Shown: positions 49,301 through 61,102, numbered from the stretch's first letter. The stretch is 64,000 bases of DNA from Eutreptiella sp. 'Long Island Sound 2002' (GCA_964036045.1 OZ038378.1:7316001-7380000), one strand, 5' to 3'. The notes: generated by a model not told the origin, from the letters alone. Program-made: numbers and translations.

Positions 49301-51008
49301 AGGGGGCAGTGTCCCCCCCACCCCCGAATTGTGAATTGGTGCCGGCCCAACGCACCCACACACCTGTGCACCCACCCAGCAACACACACACACACACACA
49401 CACGCTGCAGGGCGAAGTCTATGGGGTACTAGTGCACCGCCAGGTGCTAAAAATCCTCTTGTGGCAGGTGGGTTCCAGGCCATGGGCAGGTAGTCGTGGG
49501 GTGGCTGCCACCCCCAGGCCCCTCCACTCTGCACCAGCACATCCAGACCCGAGATAACCCTGTGGACTTTTCTTTTCTTGTGCCTGCAGGTAAGGCCTGG
49601 ACTCCACCCTACAAAACCCAGCATTGGTCCAAGCCCCCCTCCCCCGACCCCTTTTATGTTGCTTACACTGTAAATTATTTCTTTCATTGCAGACCCGTTC
49701 CCATGAATGTTGTTTGTTGTTTTGTGCGATTTGCGCGTGATTTCGTCAACATCGGCGCAACGCGCTAAAAAGTCGTGGTTGAGTTTTCTCAGAGCCCGCG
49801 GCTGGTATTTGAATAATATTCGATATCCCAAGAGGGCGTACGAGGCCGGTTCACAAATGAAAGGCAATACACATCCAATGGTCATGATTTGTTCCAGCAA
49901 GGTGTTGCAACTTTTTTTTGACATTTCGTACAATGTTCAAAACGGTGCAACTCACTTCCAAAAGGCTCCAAAGTAGCTCCTTCGGTGGTGTAGTTGTTAT
50001 CTTCATCTTTATTGATCATCATGACGTTCTAGATGCACGCAAATGAAGGCAATACACATCAAATACTCATGATTTGTTCCAACATAGTGTTCCAACATTT
50101 TTTTGATCTGTCGTACAATGTTCCAACTGACGTACTAGGTGCAACTCACTTCTAAAAGGCTCCAAACTAGCTTCTTCGTTCGTGCAATTGATTTTTCATC
50201 TACTTCCATCATGGTGACGTGCTAGATGGTACTTCCGCATGAGGTAGGAAGTGCATCACACCAAAGCTTCACAAATCATCACATTGAACACTACTTCTCG
50301 GTACGAAATGGATTTTCGTTGATTAAAACTTCAAATGCTAATTTCTACCAACTCATCTTAATCAGCATTTTGGAAAAGCTAAGGAATCACCAAAAACTAA
50401 AACCATTCCCATTGGCACTGGTGGCACTCGTTGTGTACATGCGTACGTGCGTGCGTGAAAAAGGGGAGCCCGCACACTCACATGTGCACGCCCCCCCCCC
50501 CCCCCCACACACACGGGGAGGTGGGTATTGGTGTGATGGGTGTCCCTGGGATGTGATCCTCGGACTGCATTCCCGGTCCATCCTGTCCTATGCAGAGGCC
50601 AAGGCCGCTCGGATCGATCGTAAAATGCAGTACCGCGACGGGGGCCGTGTGCATGCCCAGGCGTCGGCCCTGTCTCGTGAGCTCACAGAGGCCCGCGTGC
50701 AGCTGGGCATTTTGGCCGACCAGGCGCTGCCGGACTCTCAATTCAGCAACGTGCAGCGCACTGGCCGGCACACCCCTGTGGGGTCGCGCTCCAGTACGCC
50801 CTCGCGGCTGCGGGAGCCCAGGCGATTGCCTGAAGGGTCGCTGCAGACCGATGGCGCTTATACTTCATACGTCACGTTTGCGCGTGGCCGCGATGCTGCA
50901 GCGCGTGGGCCGCGTGCGGGCAGGCGGTCAGCAAGCACTGACAGTCGGGGGTCAAGGGGGTCAAGGGGGTCAAGGGCGTCAAGCATGGACCGGCCGGCCT
51001 GGCACTGA
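30222..51008 (+). CDS. multi-exon gene for an uncharacterised coiled-coil protein with Ser/Arg/Pro-rich C-terminal half (at least 675 aa)
   Basis: GT-AG exons 30222-30376, 33556-33673, 36698-37021, 41170-41340, 41660-41799, 42447-42682, 43605-43936, 47713-47851, 50596-51008 total 2028 nt, keep phase at every junction and end in TGA. Junction peptides read naturally (NTMLRK|VVEEKN, MRQ|VMELKEAL, RMRVE|VIQLRNK, YMKTP|YRTPASK, VEAAE|AKAARIDRK). A 5' exon may end at 30118 (CAA|GTAACC). The acceptor at 42446 is purine-rich and less certain. Confidence 0.75.
31265..31600 (-). repeat. dispersed repeat family B, inverted copy
   Basis: Contains (GCAA)n and TTCGGCCAAAATTTTGGTG...CCTATGGGTGTGAGGGACAA, matching the reverse complement of the 28 kb copy; ends in GGGTGAGGGTTAGGGTTA. 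Confidence 0.85.
31874..31918. repeat. three tandem 16-bp hairpin units GGTGGTTTCCACCTTT
   Basis: Units at 31874, 31890 and 31906; each folds GGTGG/CCACC. Confidence 0.9.
31990..32730. repeat. dispersed repeat family A cluster
   Basis: Repeated TTTTCCAAAAATGATCCT.GAC.ATTTGGGGTGCACAAACAAGTG units; ends in a degenerate TTAGGG tract. Confidence 0.85.
33954..34839 (+). mobile_element. non-autonomous Sola1-like DNA transposon (886 bp)
   Basis: TIRs CTCTCGGGGAC...ATGCCAACACGGAGCG at both ends. ATTT duplicated at 33950-33953 and 34840-34843. Internal ORF 34202-34591 fuses transposase N- and C-termini. Confidence 0.8.
37480..39620. repeat. cluster of family A repeats plus a decayed family B copy near 38225-38420
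   Basis: Multiple GGGTCAAAAAGTGG.CCAAAGTG...TTCCAAAGTTGTTCCAAGACCA units; GTTAGGGTGAGGGTTAC at about 38229. Confidence 0.8.
39790..40170. repeat. degenerate short-period minisatellite (AAGGACCCC-based, about 13 bp)
   Basis: Many consecutive AAGGACCC/AAGAACCC/AAGAATCC variants. Confidence 0.85.
40276..40483. repeat. direct duplication of about 59 bp, period 149 bp
   Basis: AGGAATGGTTGCATCAGTTTCGAGATCCAAGGGTC..AAGTGTGCTCGACTATCCGCCC at 40276 and 40425. Confidence 0.95.
44264..46930 (-). pseudogene. decayed unidentified ORF interrupted by the second Sola-like insertion
   Basis: After removing 45135-46420 and one TSD copy, one frame links ORFs 46643-46933, 44825-45118 and 44264-44551 with about 7 scattered stops. 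No family recognised. Confidence 0.35.
45135..46420 (-). mobile_element. second internally deleted Sola1-like transposon (1286 bp)
   Basis: Homologous to 33954-34839 in the opposite orientation. Ends CTCTTGGG and CCCTGAGAG; ATAT duplicated at 45131-45134 and 46421-46424. Retains a longer transposase N-terminus (FWDRP...QQEFLATCID...RQICKTQFLHYFKISHRVV) and the same C-terminus. Confidence 0.8.
47070..47490. repeat. compound microsatellite (GTGA, GAGT, GCGT, GTGAGTCA units)
   Basis: Directly visible. Confidence 0.95.
49855..50230. repeat. diverged tandem duplication, about 186 bp
   Basis: AAATGAA(A)GGCAATACACATC...CATGATTTGTTCCA...GGTGCAACTCACTTC.AAAAGGCTCCAAA occurs near 49855 and 50041. Confidence 0.9.
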
Positions 51009-51214
51009 GAGGGAGGAGATGCAGAGCTGGTGCAGTGGGTGGGGGGGGGGGGGCTGAGTGCAGTGTACACGGGAACACACGGCTATCCATGAATACTGAC
51101 CCTTTTGGTTCGTTCTTGTTTCTTTCGTTTGACGTTGTTTGAAAAGCAGTACAAGAGGAATGGGGGATACTGCAAATTCCTTGCTTGAAGTCAGAGGACA
51201 GAAGGGACGTGGAT

Positions 51215-52925
51215 TCACTTCAAATTGCTATGTGCATGTCTTACACCTCCGCTGTACAAAGGCTCTAGTGACAGTTCAAAGTGTGTCGGCGGGCATTTGA
51301 GAAGGTCAGGCCATATTTCACGAGGGAAGGAAAGGTGCAGCACTGATTTGTGCCACGGACCATCTTCTGCTGGCGCTTTACACTGCCCACTACCGAACAG
51401 GTCCGCCCGCCATAAGCCGGACACTTGGCAGTTTGGGGCAGTGCCTGCACCGTGCGCACTGTCGCGCAGCAGTCCCAAGTCTGTGGCTGCCGGGAACAAA
51501 TTTGGGCCCAGTGGGCACTAGACGCCTGCACTTCGTTGGATTTCCAGTCAGAACTGCGCGGGTTTGGATGCAGCAGCGTATTGTGGCATCCATCGTTGGG
51601 CCCGTACCATGCGTACCGTGCGCGCGGTGCAGCGGCTGCTGCTTAGAGCCTCTGTTGCGGACACAACCTGTTGTAGGATGCGACATATATAGCGGTGCAG
51701 CGGCTCAGTCGCCGATCGTGCAGAGCCCCAGATCCCCCCCGTTCACATAGACAAGGCCAATGGAGTGCACAGCACTCGAAGCCAAAGCCAAACGGCACCA
51801 AACCCTGTCTCTGTCTCTAACGTGCGCTCCGGACGGAGGTCCTCCACGATCAAGACCCTTCGCTCCCATCATATGGATCCCACAGGTTTGGCGATACGTC
51901 GATTGTACCCCCACTGGTAGCCTCAACCATGCACTGCCGCTAGTGGTGTATCGCCACTGGTATTGCCAGTGGGCCTCACAGGAATTAGTATCTGTCAACC
52001 ATAACCCACTAGTGTTGAGGTCCTTCCAAACATATCCCATTGCTATGAGGAGCCTTCAGACAGAACTAAGGTAGCCGCAGCCGCTGCAGCGGCACCAGCG
52101 AGGAAGTGGAGGAGGTGCACAAGGCGAAGCCACCCCAAGAAGAAGGCGGAGGCAAAGCATGCCCCCACAAAGGGCAAGGGGAAGGGGGGGGGGTTCAAGG
52201 AGAAGGGCGTAAAGAAGAAGCGGGGAGAGGGGGGGGGAGACGGGCCCGAGGGTGTGGGTGCCGTAACCACAAGGGGTGAGCAAGGTGTTGAAGACAGTCG
52301 CTTTTCATGCGATGGACTTTGTGTTTGTTCCTTGTGTCCAAGTGCCCAAGTGCAACCGCAGCTTCTATTTCCAGTGTTATTGGGCACACAGACCCTTCCT
52401 ACACAACACACACACTGGCACTGACATGCGCAGCTTGCAGGTCCCACCACATCCATTTCATATTGGGACACGCTTCAGTTTCTCATGCCAATTCTGTGTC
52501 CGGTCCAGATGAGGTAACCTCAGAACGTGTTTGTGAATGTCCTCATCTCACAGACTGCACACAATCGGATGGCAGTTGGAAGACAGAGAGGTGGCATACT
52601 CCAAGACTTCGATGAGACCGCAATACAAACTGATCTTTTGAATGGTCAAAAGCAAAGGCTGCCATCCTGGATCACTACACAACCAGGGAATAGAGTTCGA
52701 TAGTGTCGGCTCGATATCTCTGAGTGTCTTCGTCCTTCTGTGCGCGTGTTCAGGCGTGTGGATGTGCGTCCTGCCATTGGAAGGCGTTTGGCGTTCAGCT
52801 CCCCAACCTTCACACAAGCTACGGAGCTGGTGTATGCCGTCCCTAACACGGGTATACTGCTCGGCTACTGCTTTTTTCGTGCGAAGGATTGAGTAGTACC
52901 CAAAGAAGAAGCGGGGGAACTGCAT
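51215..52925 (-). pseudogene. possible Mutator-like (MULE) transposase remnant
   Basis: LTDTNSCEAHWQY resembles the MULE catalytic-Glu region (TNNxxExxW/H); downstream QCCTFPSLVKYGL resembles a damaged SWIM finger. Fragmented by stops and shifts. Confidence 0.35.
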
Positions 52926-55900
52926 AAGGGAGACTCACCTCTCGACACAGACACACTGAATCCTGACACACAGACATGGACACAGACATGCACGCGCGCA
53001 CACACACGCACATACATGCACGCCATGGTGTCAGCGGCGCTCCAAATCTCCAAATGCGTCAGTGCTGATGCTGGAAACACTCCCATCCCATCTCCTGCCC
53101 GGCGCCCCCATCCCATGAACGCAATTGAGGACACATGGGCACATGTTGCACCGGGGCCTGACTGATTCCAGCGCGCAATATCCTGCAACACCCCATTCGG
53201 TCCCCAGGACACAGGACAACACAGTGGATCTAGGCATTGGGGGAGGGGGGGCCACTTGGCTGAGTTGTTATCTCATAATCAGGGCTGCCAGAAGGCTCAT
53301 GCCGATGGACAGGTAAGGATGCCATATTGGCTCTGTATCCGCCCAAGTACAACCCCCCGTCAGGCCCAGTGGGGGCCAAGGGGCGCTAGGCTACAACCCC
53401 GTCCGGGGAGCATGCGAACGCCTCGTTGACGTGGGCCAGTCCCTCTGCCGCTCTGCCACGTGGGGGCTATGGATATAGCACTGGACCCAGGGCTCATCTT
53501 GACCTTGCACTGATGCACCGCTCCGGTATCACAGCGTCATGGGCTATGCGACCCACTATGCCCTCTCTGATTCCCAGCTTCTCAAGGGCTTTGCTTGACC
53601 TCGCAGTTTTGTTGGAATCAAAGCTTCTTTGGCCTTTTTGTTGGCAGACATATTTTTTAGGTCCCTCTCATGCCCCCCCCCCCCCCCGCCCTGGGCTTTA
53701 ATTTTCATTCCGCACGGGGGTGCTTCCCCTCTGGACCCCCTCCCCCCTCCCTCCTTCTCTCAAAATCAGCTGAAAACCTGGGTTTTGGGCATTTTTTTCA
53801 GCGACTGGAAAAAAATTTGCTCCGCACCTTCAGCGTGCAACAGAGTGTTTGGTTATTGTTCCATGTGTACTCTATGCCCAATTGTTTGGCAGATTACTAT
53901 GACCCAGCGCTTATTGTCTTCGTATTTCCGCTCCCCGGTCCAACCGCCGCCCCACATGAATGCAAAGACGTAATAGACAGTCTACTTTATTTTAGCTTAT
54001 AAGATAGGCTCACCGGACGGAAGAGACAAGCAGCAACAACGATTCGCAAAAAGCATGTTCCACAATGCTTCTGGGCCACGCTGTGCCAGTTTGTCACTGT
54101 GGTGTGGGAAATGACTGTAGGAGGAGGGCAGAGGGTCCCCTTCCCCCTTGTACCCCATGCCCCCGTCCCCTGGATCCCCCTCCCCCCCGCCTGTCAATGC
54201 TCAAGCAAGGCCCTGCCCCCCCACCCGCTCCACTTCCGCTTCGAGCCGTGTGCGCTTTGTGCTGTAAAGTGATGAGGGCCCACGGCGTTGTGAATGCTCC
54301 GGGCTTAATGCGCATCGGGGGTGCAGTATCCGTTTTTATATCCATGACACTGTGATGGGGTGTGTGGGGAACCAAACAGCTTGTTGGCCTTGAAGGAGTA
54401 ACACATTCGATTTCTGCCCCAGGCCCCATTATCGGGTCAAGTGCAATGCCTAGACACAGTGCTCGTGGCAAACGAGGCCATTCGCTCGGCTGCCTTCGCC
54501 TCGTCACCAAAGACCTTGTAACCAGGCTACAGCACAGTTTGTGTGCCGAAAATGGCTGTCGGCCACTTAGTATATCGCCTTTGTCTGACGCTCCCTGGGG
54601 GGTCCAAACGGTTCACCGCGACACTCAGGACCTTTCCTCCGGTGTCGTTTTACCGGGCCCTTTTTGTCTAATTGTTACCCCATTGTTTTGTCATCTGACA
54701 TTTCTGCGGTCCCTCATTTTGGACCGTTATTGTCTTGCACGCCATTGTGCACGCTATACTGTTGAGATTGTGTATGGATGTCTGGTAAGAACGCAGCCGG
54801 ACCGAGCACCCACCTGAGACAACCCCCAATTTGAGCGCCGAGCCTGACCACCCAAGCAGTTGAGCTTGGTCAGAGCGCTACCACATCATCATCACATATC
54901 ACATGAGCCAAGGAGGTCATGCTGTTGTGGTTGGCTGACGCACCTGACAGATTGGCCCCCCTAATGGCACCTCATGTGCGACCTGACGCATTGCAATTCA
55001 GTACGTGATTCCTCACCGCGCACCACAAGGGTCCGCACCATGTTTTACAGCTCAAACCTGATGAGCGAATGCACTTGGCAGTTGCTGTTGCTGACGTATG
55101 AAAAGGGTGCCCGCCTCAGCCAGTTCAACTCCCGAGGGATTGGGCACATGGTTGTCGCATGTGTACTGCGTCAAACCCTAGTCAATCATCTCACCACTGC
55201 GTGGCGCCTTTTGCACGAATTAAGGCAGTGGCGGCTCAACAATTGGTGGCTTTTCCCTAAAAGATTTCAATGAGGCAAACCATGAAGCCTAGAGACCTAG
55301 TTTGGTGGTACTGACGGCAGTTGGTGGTTCACCAAGCGCACTTGGCTGTTCGCTGACGTTGGTTGGTGGTCAACGGTTGGCAGTTGCCGCACCAAACGTC
55401 ATGGGACTCAACATTTGGTTTTGTTGTTTGTTACAGGAAATTCCATTTTGTCATTTGGCCAAGACGCTTTCCTTTAATGAGAATCCGATTGAGGCTTCAT
55501 TGTCCCTGGAGATCCGATCCATTTGTCAATATTGGGTCAACCGGGACCGTACAGCCTGGGGACCTGCGTTTATTCCCAAGGCGATGGGGGATAAGATTGG
55601 GCATACATAACTTCCTGTTGGTTTGGGGTTCGGGTGGGGGGTATCCACACCAACGATTCTGCACATGTGCGTTTCTAAACCGACTTACGAGTCATTGTTT
55701 TATGGGTGTTTATTGAGGTGCTTTCGGCCCTACATGTAACCTCAAGGCCCTTCAATCCTGGCCTCTTCCCTTGGATGGCGAGGAATCTAGCCTATTGCCC
55801 CTCGTTGACCACAGTACTCTGTCAATATGGGACCCAGGTGCCCAGAAGCAGGCTAACCACCTCCCGTCACATTGGCAATACCCGTGGAGACTGCACTGAT

Positions 55901-58672
55901 GAGACCAGAACACACATTAACCCCCACCCCCTTTGCATAGTAATTGCTCTTGCATAGTAGGCGGGGAGGCTAGGGAAACGTCACTTTCTGTTTCGCAAAT
56001 TTACTCAGAAGGTCGGATACCGAGCTTCTCCTGTGCGTTTGCTGGCTGGGCAAGGTGGTACTATTGGTACATTGCTGTGTCCTTCAGGTTTCTTGCATCC
56101 AAGGCACTCCACCGTACCCTGTATCATGCGGAACACTTCATTTTTTCGCAGTCTCAGCCACGGATGTTGATCATATTGACACGTCCCCAGCTGGCTGGTG
56201 CTGTTGCCAATTTCCAACGTTCTGGGGGCAGTGTTGTGCCTGCCACGATTGTGCTTGCCACAGGGGCTGGAGCCCCCTGCCAAGCCCCCTGCCAAGCCTG
56301 CTCCCAAAGCTGCCCAACCTCGTGCCAAACCCTCAACCAAGAGTGCAGCCAAACATGCTGCCCAGGTGGCAGCCAAGCCTGCAGCTGGAGAGCCCATTCC
56401 TGTGGCCCCTGTTGAGCATGTGCAGCTCTTCAGAGTCAACTCCCGCCAGAAAAAGTGGCACACAGAGCCTGTTTTTGAGTCAAGCTGAACATACACCCCA
56501 ACAGGCAGTTCCTGGCTCATTTTGTGGTTCATATGCCCTCATGTCTGCATGACTTGTTTCGTGTGGCGCGTCCTTTGCATATTAACCGGGGGGGCGAGGG
56601 AACTGTGATTTGGGGTATGTTCCCTGGGGGGTGCAAGGATACTGTCGCGCGAAGGCGGTTGCTATGCAAGGAGGAGGGGGGTAGTGCACACACGTGGACG
56701 TCACAGGGACATGAAACGGTTGGAGAGAGTCAGTTCTTTGCCATTTCAGTGTCTTCACTGCATTCTGAATGACGGTCACGGAGGGCGGTGCTTGTGTACG
56801 GAGGCACGGTGCTATGCTGTCCACTACATGTGCACCTTGTGTGGCAGGACTTACTTGGCAATGGTTGCAGGATGATTCGGTGGTGGCTGGGTGCGGAAAT
56901 GCCCCGACCCATAGGCATCTCTGGCGTCTGAGCCAATGATAGTATTGCTGTCTGCATCAATCTGGTGCCCGCAGAAAAGTAATAGCAGGTATCTCTCCTG
57001 GGGCGCTCCCTCTGAAGATGGTAAAAATGAATCCGTTTTTCAGTTCACTGTGTTATGTTGGACAGCCTGACCTCCGCTGCCAAATCATAGAAGCCGCCAG
57101 TGGTTTTTCAGAGGGAACTACGGCTGCAGGAGAAACCTGAATCAAATCCCTCAGAAAATGCAAAAGCGAAGGTGGACAGGGGGGCATACTGAGTCAGACA
57201 CGGACCAGACATGGACACGGAGAAGCTCACACGGAACCTGTGCAGAGAGGCACAACACCACACCCGTAAGAGGCTGAGATGAAGCCGGAACCGACAGTTG
57301 GTCAGAGAAGGGAGGGCTATTTGAGGTATTGAAAGGGCTAGAGAGGGAGAGCATTGAATAGAGGTTATCCAGAAGACGGATGGACGGCCGAAGTAGATTG
57401 AGCGACAGAGAGATGTACTATGCTGAGCTGTGTCTGCCTGCTGTCGCATGGCCTTAAGGCATACCCTCATGGTTGTCCATACCTGTACTGCAAATGCATC
57501 GGGCCGAAATAGCCCCTGGACAGACCAGCAAGTAATGCCATTATGGACTGCGGTGTTGCCATGATTCCACCCCCCAACAAGGGGCCGCACTCAGGACTGT
57601 TGGATGCCCCCCCCCCCCAAAAAAAAGCACACTGAGTCAGACATAGACCACATATCCAGGGGTCGTTGGGTTCCAAATCCTTGGAAACCTAAGATGGGTG
57701 AAATTTTTTGGCATTGGCATGGAAAAATGGGGGAAAACGGGAAAAGGCAAGTAATTGCAATTACTATTGGTAATTTCAAACATTCAGAGGGCTGTCATGC
57801 TTGCCAAGATTCAGGGTGCCTCAGAGCATGGCGCACACTATCGGATGATGACGCGCGAGCACTCTGGGGCTGTGGTGACCCATCGCTGTGCTCTGTGGAA
57901 TGCATGTCTCTCCTACCTGCCGTAACACCCTGACGGCCCACCTCATCATTGTTTTCTGCAAACTATGCCATATGACTTCATCCCCATGCCAAACCTGTTG
58001 CCAAGCCCCTTCCCAATGCTATTGCAGAGCCTATCAGAGCAATAGATGCCGTCTTGGGGATGGATATACAGGGGTCGATAGGTTCCATGCCAAAGAAATG
58101 TGTCTTGCCAAATCGAAGGAAAAACGGGGAAAACGGGGGGAAACGGGGGGGGGGGACTGGGGGAAGCTGCATGGGGGGGATGGGAATACAGGTGGCAATC
58201 ACGGTTGTGCGCTCTCAGGAACTTCCCCCAAGGCCCTGCCTGTGCCTGGCCCGGCCCGGCAGGGAGTTGGGTGGGAGTTCCGGCGCTTGATAAATGGTGC
58301 TGCCCATACCCCCTGGATTGGAGAATACTTCCCATCTCTCCCACCAATTTGGCCCACATCAATACCAATATCCCCAGCATTCTTGGAGGTATCCCAAGTC
58401 ACCGTTTGCTTGGCAAGAGTCTGACCTGTGATCCAGAGCTTCTTGTCACCCCGGGAGGTAGTGACAAAAGAAATTTTGACGTACAAAACATTCTGATGTT
58501 GCAGAAAATCAGCCATTGCCTGCGCAAGGTGAAGGGGGCAGATCAAGCAGCAGGCAACATTAAGCAAACGGGGAATCAAGCATGCAATTCCCCCCATTTT
58601 TATGAACGTCCATGGCTGAAATTGCAAGAAACTGAGTGATCTACATGATACATTGGTGAATACATTGCCTTA

Positions 58673-59336
58673 GGGGGCGCAGTGCGCGCGCAGTGCAACT
58701 ATTTGGGCGTTTGGCTGTACTAGAGACCCATACTTTGAGATACTAGGGGCATCATTGTTACCCCTAGCGTACATTTTGACTTCTGATTGTGTCCCCTTTG
58801 TACCCTTCGTGAAGCGGTCGTTTGAATGGGGGATTCGCGGAGGCGCGAATTTGAAAACTTTTTGCTGTGTTTTGCGCTTAACTCGGTGCCATCGTGTGTG
58901 TTTCCCGTGCTACTTTCGCCAAAACGGTGCTACTATAAATGTGCGAATATTCGGTGTTGTTCGGTCGAACCCACTGCGAATCCTCCCAAATTCACGCAAA
59001 ATTCGCACCAAATTCAAGCTTGCAAGATGACAAGGACAGGCTGCAGGCCAAGGTGAACACCTTGGAGCGCGAGTCGCGGCGGTCCAAGGGCGGCAAGGGC
59101 CCCCGAGAAGCCGGGGGTCAGGCTGCCACTTCCGATTTCATCCCCCTTTGTTCATAGCTTTCCGCATTTTGCATGATGTCTTATATGGAGGGAAGGTAGC
59201 TTGCATTTGTCTCCAGCTACGGTAGTTCGGGTGACCTAAATTTAGGGGCGTGTGGAAGGGGTGGGCCTGGGGTCTCTTCGGGGGGAACCTAGTGTAAAAG
59301 TAGCGTGCAGTGCACGCACAGTGCAAAGGCTCCCCC
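58673..59336. mobile_element. Tourist-like (PIF/Harbinger-type) MITE candidate
   Basis: Ends GGGGGCGC and GCTCCCCC (7 of 8 inverted match); TTA on both sides (58670-58672, 59337-59339). The head of about 110 bp recurs at about 60290-60400. Confidence 0.55.
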
Positions 59337-60265
59337 TTAGATGCAATGCACCAAGAGGGCTACAATGTGTAGGTACCACGAAGGATGCAGGGCAGTTGAA
59401 TGGGGGGGGGGGGTTGGGGCTTAGAGGGGCATTTGAATGCTAACGCCCCCCCAAAATAGAGCAAAAAGTGTCTTTGGTCAATGCCATACGGAAGACGGCG
59501 TCTTTTGATTTGTTTGCCTAGGACGCAAAGTTTGGACGTGCGTGCAGCAGGATGAGGATATGTAGTGGCGGTTTACGCGTGCCGTTGAACACCTTTGTGA
59601 CGCATGCGGCCATGATAAGGCACAAGAAGGCGTGCCTTGCTGTCCTCCACCACCTTGTTGAGCGACCTATGAAAGGGGCCAAGCCCACACGACATTGAAT
59701 TCTGCAAGGCCCTATGCCGATTGGTCTTATGCTACCGGGTGACCCCCCTCCCCCGCTCTCCCGCCCCCCGCGGTAGTCCTGGATTTAACGTAGTGTCCCT
59801 ATGGCAACCCCCCCCTCCGTTGGTGCAACGGCCACCTTCTGCAATGCTCAAATGGTGCTTTTCAGCGGTACTTCTTCAAGGCACAATTTGGTCCAGCGGT
59901 CACCACCTGGTCAAATGGTGTTGTTTGTCTTCTACTGCTGTCTAGATCACCCCGGTCGTTGTGCAAGGGGGGAGGTATTTGTACATGCTGCATGTGTTTG
60001 TGGATGGAAGTATTATGCGCACGCGGTTATGGGCGAACAAGACATACCCTTGTGTTTGTGGATAAGAGCTGTGTGTATTTGGTGGACCGGACAATTCAAA
60101 GCGTGTCCATGTGTTTGGGGACTGGATAAGCATGTTTGTTGGTGGGCGTATTCATGTGTTATCGGCTTGGCCATCCTGGCTGCATTCGCTCCTCAGGTAA
60201 TGCCAAGGGGGAGCGTTAGCGCGCCGGGCATTTTTTTTTACCCGTGCCCCACCGGTGACATTTTA

Positions 60266-61000
60266 GAGGGTGCACTGAGGGGGCACACTTAGCGCAGTGC
60301 AACTAGTTGGGCGTCTGGCTGTACTAGAGACCCATACTTTGAGATACTACGGGCATCATTGTTACCCCTAGCGTAGGTTTTGACTTTTGATTTTGTCCCC
60401 CTTTGTTTGGGGACCCCCGAGAATGCAGGGGGGACATAGCATTTCCGCCCTCTGTTGGCCCCCGAGAAGGCAGAGGTAGGGCTGCCACTTGTGATTTTGT
60501 CCCCCTTTGTTTGGGGATCCCCGAGAATGCAGGGGTGATGTAGCATTTCTGCCCTCTTTTGGGCCCCCAAGAGGGCAGCGGTGAGGCAGCCATTTCTGAT
60601 TTTGTCCTCCTTTGTTTGGGGATCCCCGAGAATGCAGGGGTGACGTAGCATTTCTGCCCTCTTTTGGGCCCCCGAGAAGGCAGAGGTAGGGCTGCCACTT
60701 GTGATTTTGTCCCCCTTTGTTTGGGGATCCCCGAGAATGCAGGGGTGATGTAGCATTTCTGCCCTCTTTTGGGCCCCCGAGAAGGCAGAGGTAGGGCTGC
60801 CACTTGTGATTTTGTCCCCCTTTGTTTGGGGATCCCCGAGAATGCAGGGGTGACGTAGCATTTCTGCCCTCTTTTGGCCCCCTGAGAAGGCAGGGCTGAG
60901 GCCGCCATTTCTGATTTTGTCCCCCTTTGTTTGGGGACCCCCGAGAATGCAGGGGTGACGTCGCATTTCTGCCCTCTTTTGGGCCCCCGAGAAGGCAGGG
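60266..61000. repeat. MITE-like head followed by a 105-bp minisatellite (about 6 copies)
   Basis: Unit GATTTTGTCCCCCTTTGTTTGGGGATCCCCGAGAATGCAGGGG... starts at 60389, 60493, 60598, 60703, 60808 and 60913 (periods 104, then 105). Confidence 0.95.
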
Positions 61001-61102
61001 AAAAGATAGTCCAACGAATTCTCACTTTCGGCAAAGGCCACCACCTACCAAAGGACGCAGAGCATCTGGAAGGGGGGAATCGTGGCCCCTACTGCTTTTT
61101 AT

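Noticed and set aside
17685-51008. Euglenid non-conventional (non GT-AG) introns
   Set aside because: All junctions I could resolve are explained by GT-AG; unresolved gene ends could still contain them.
60289-61044. 251-aa and 236-aa repeat proteins
   Set aside because: A by-product of the 105-bp (35-codon) minisatellite; no unique coding context.
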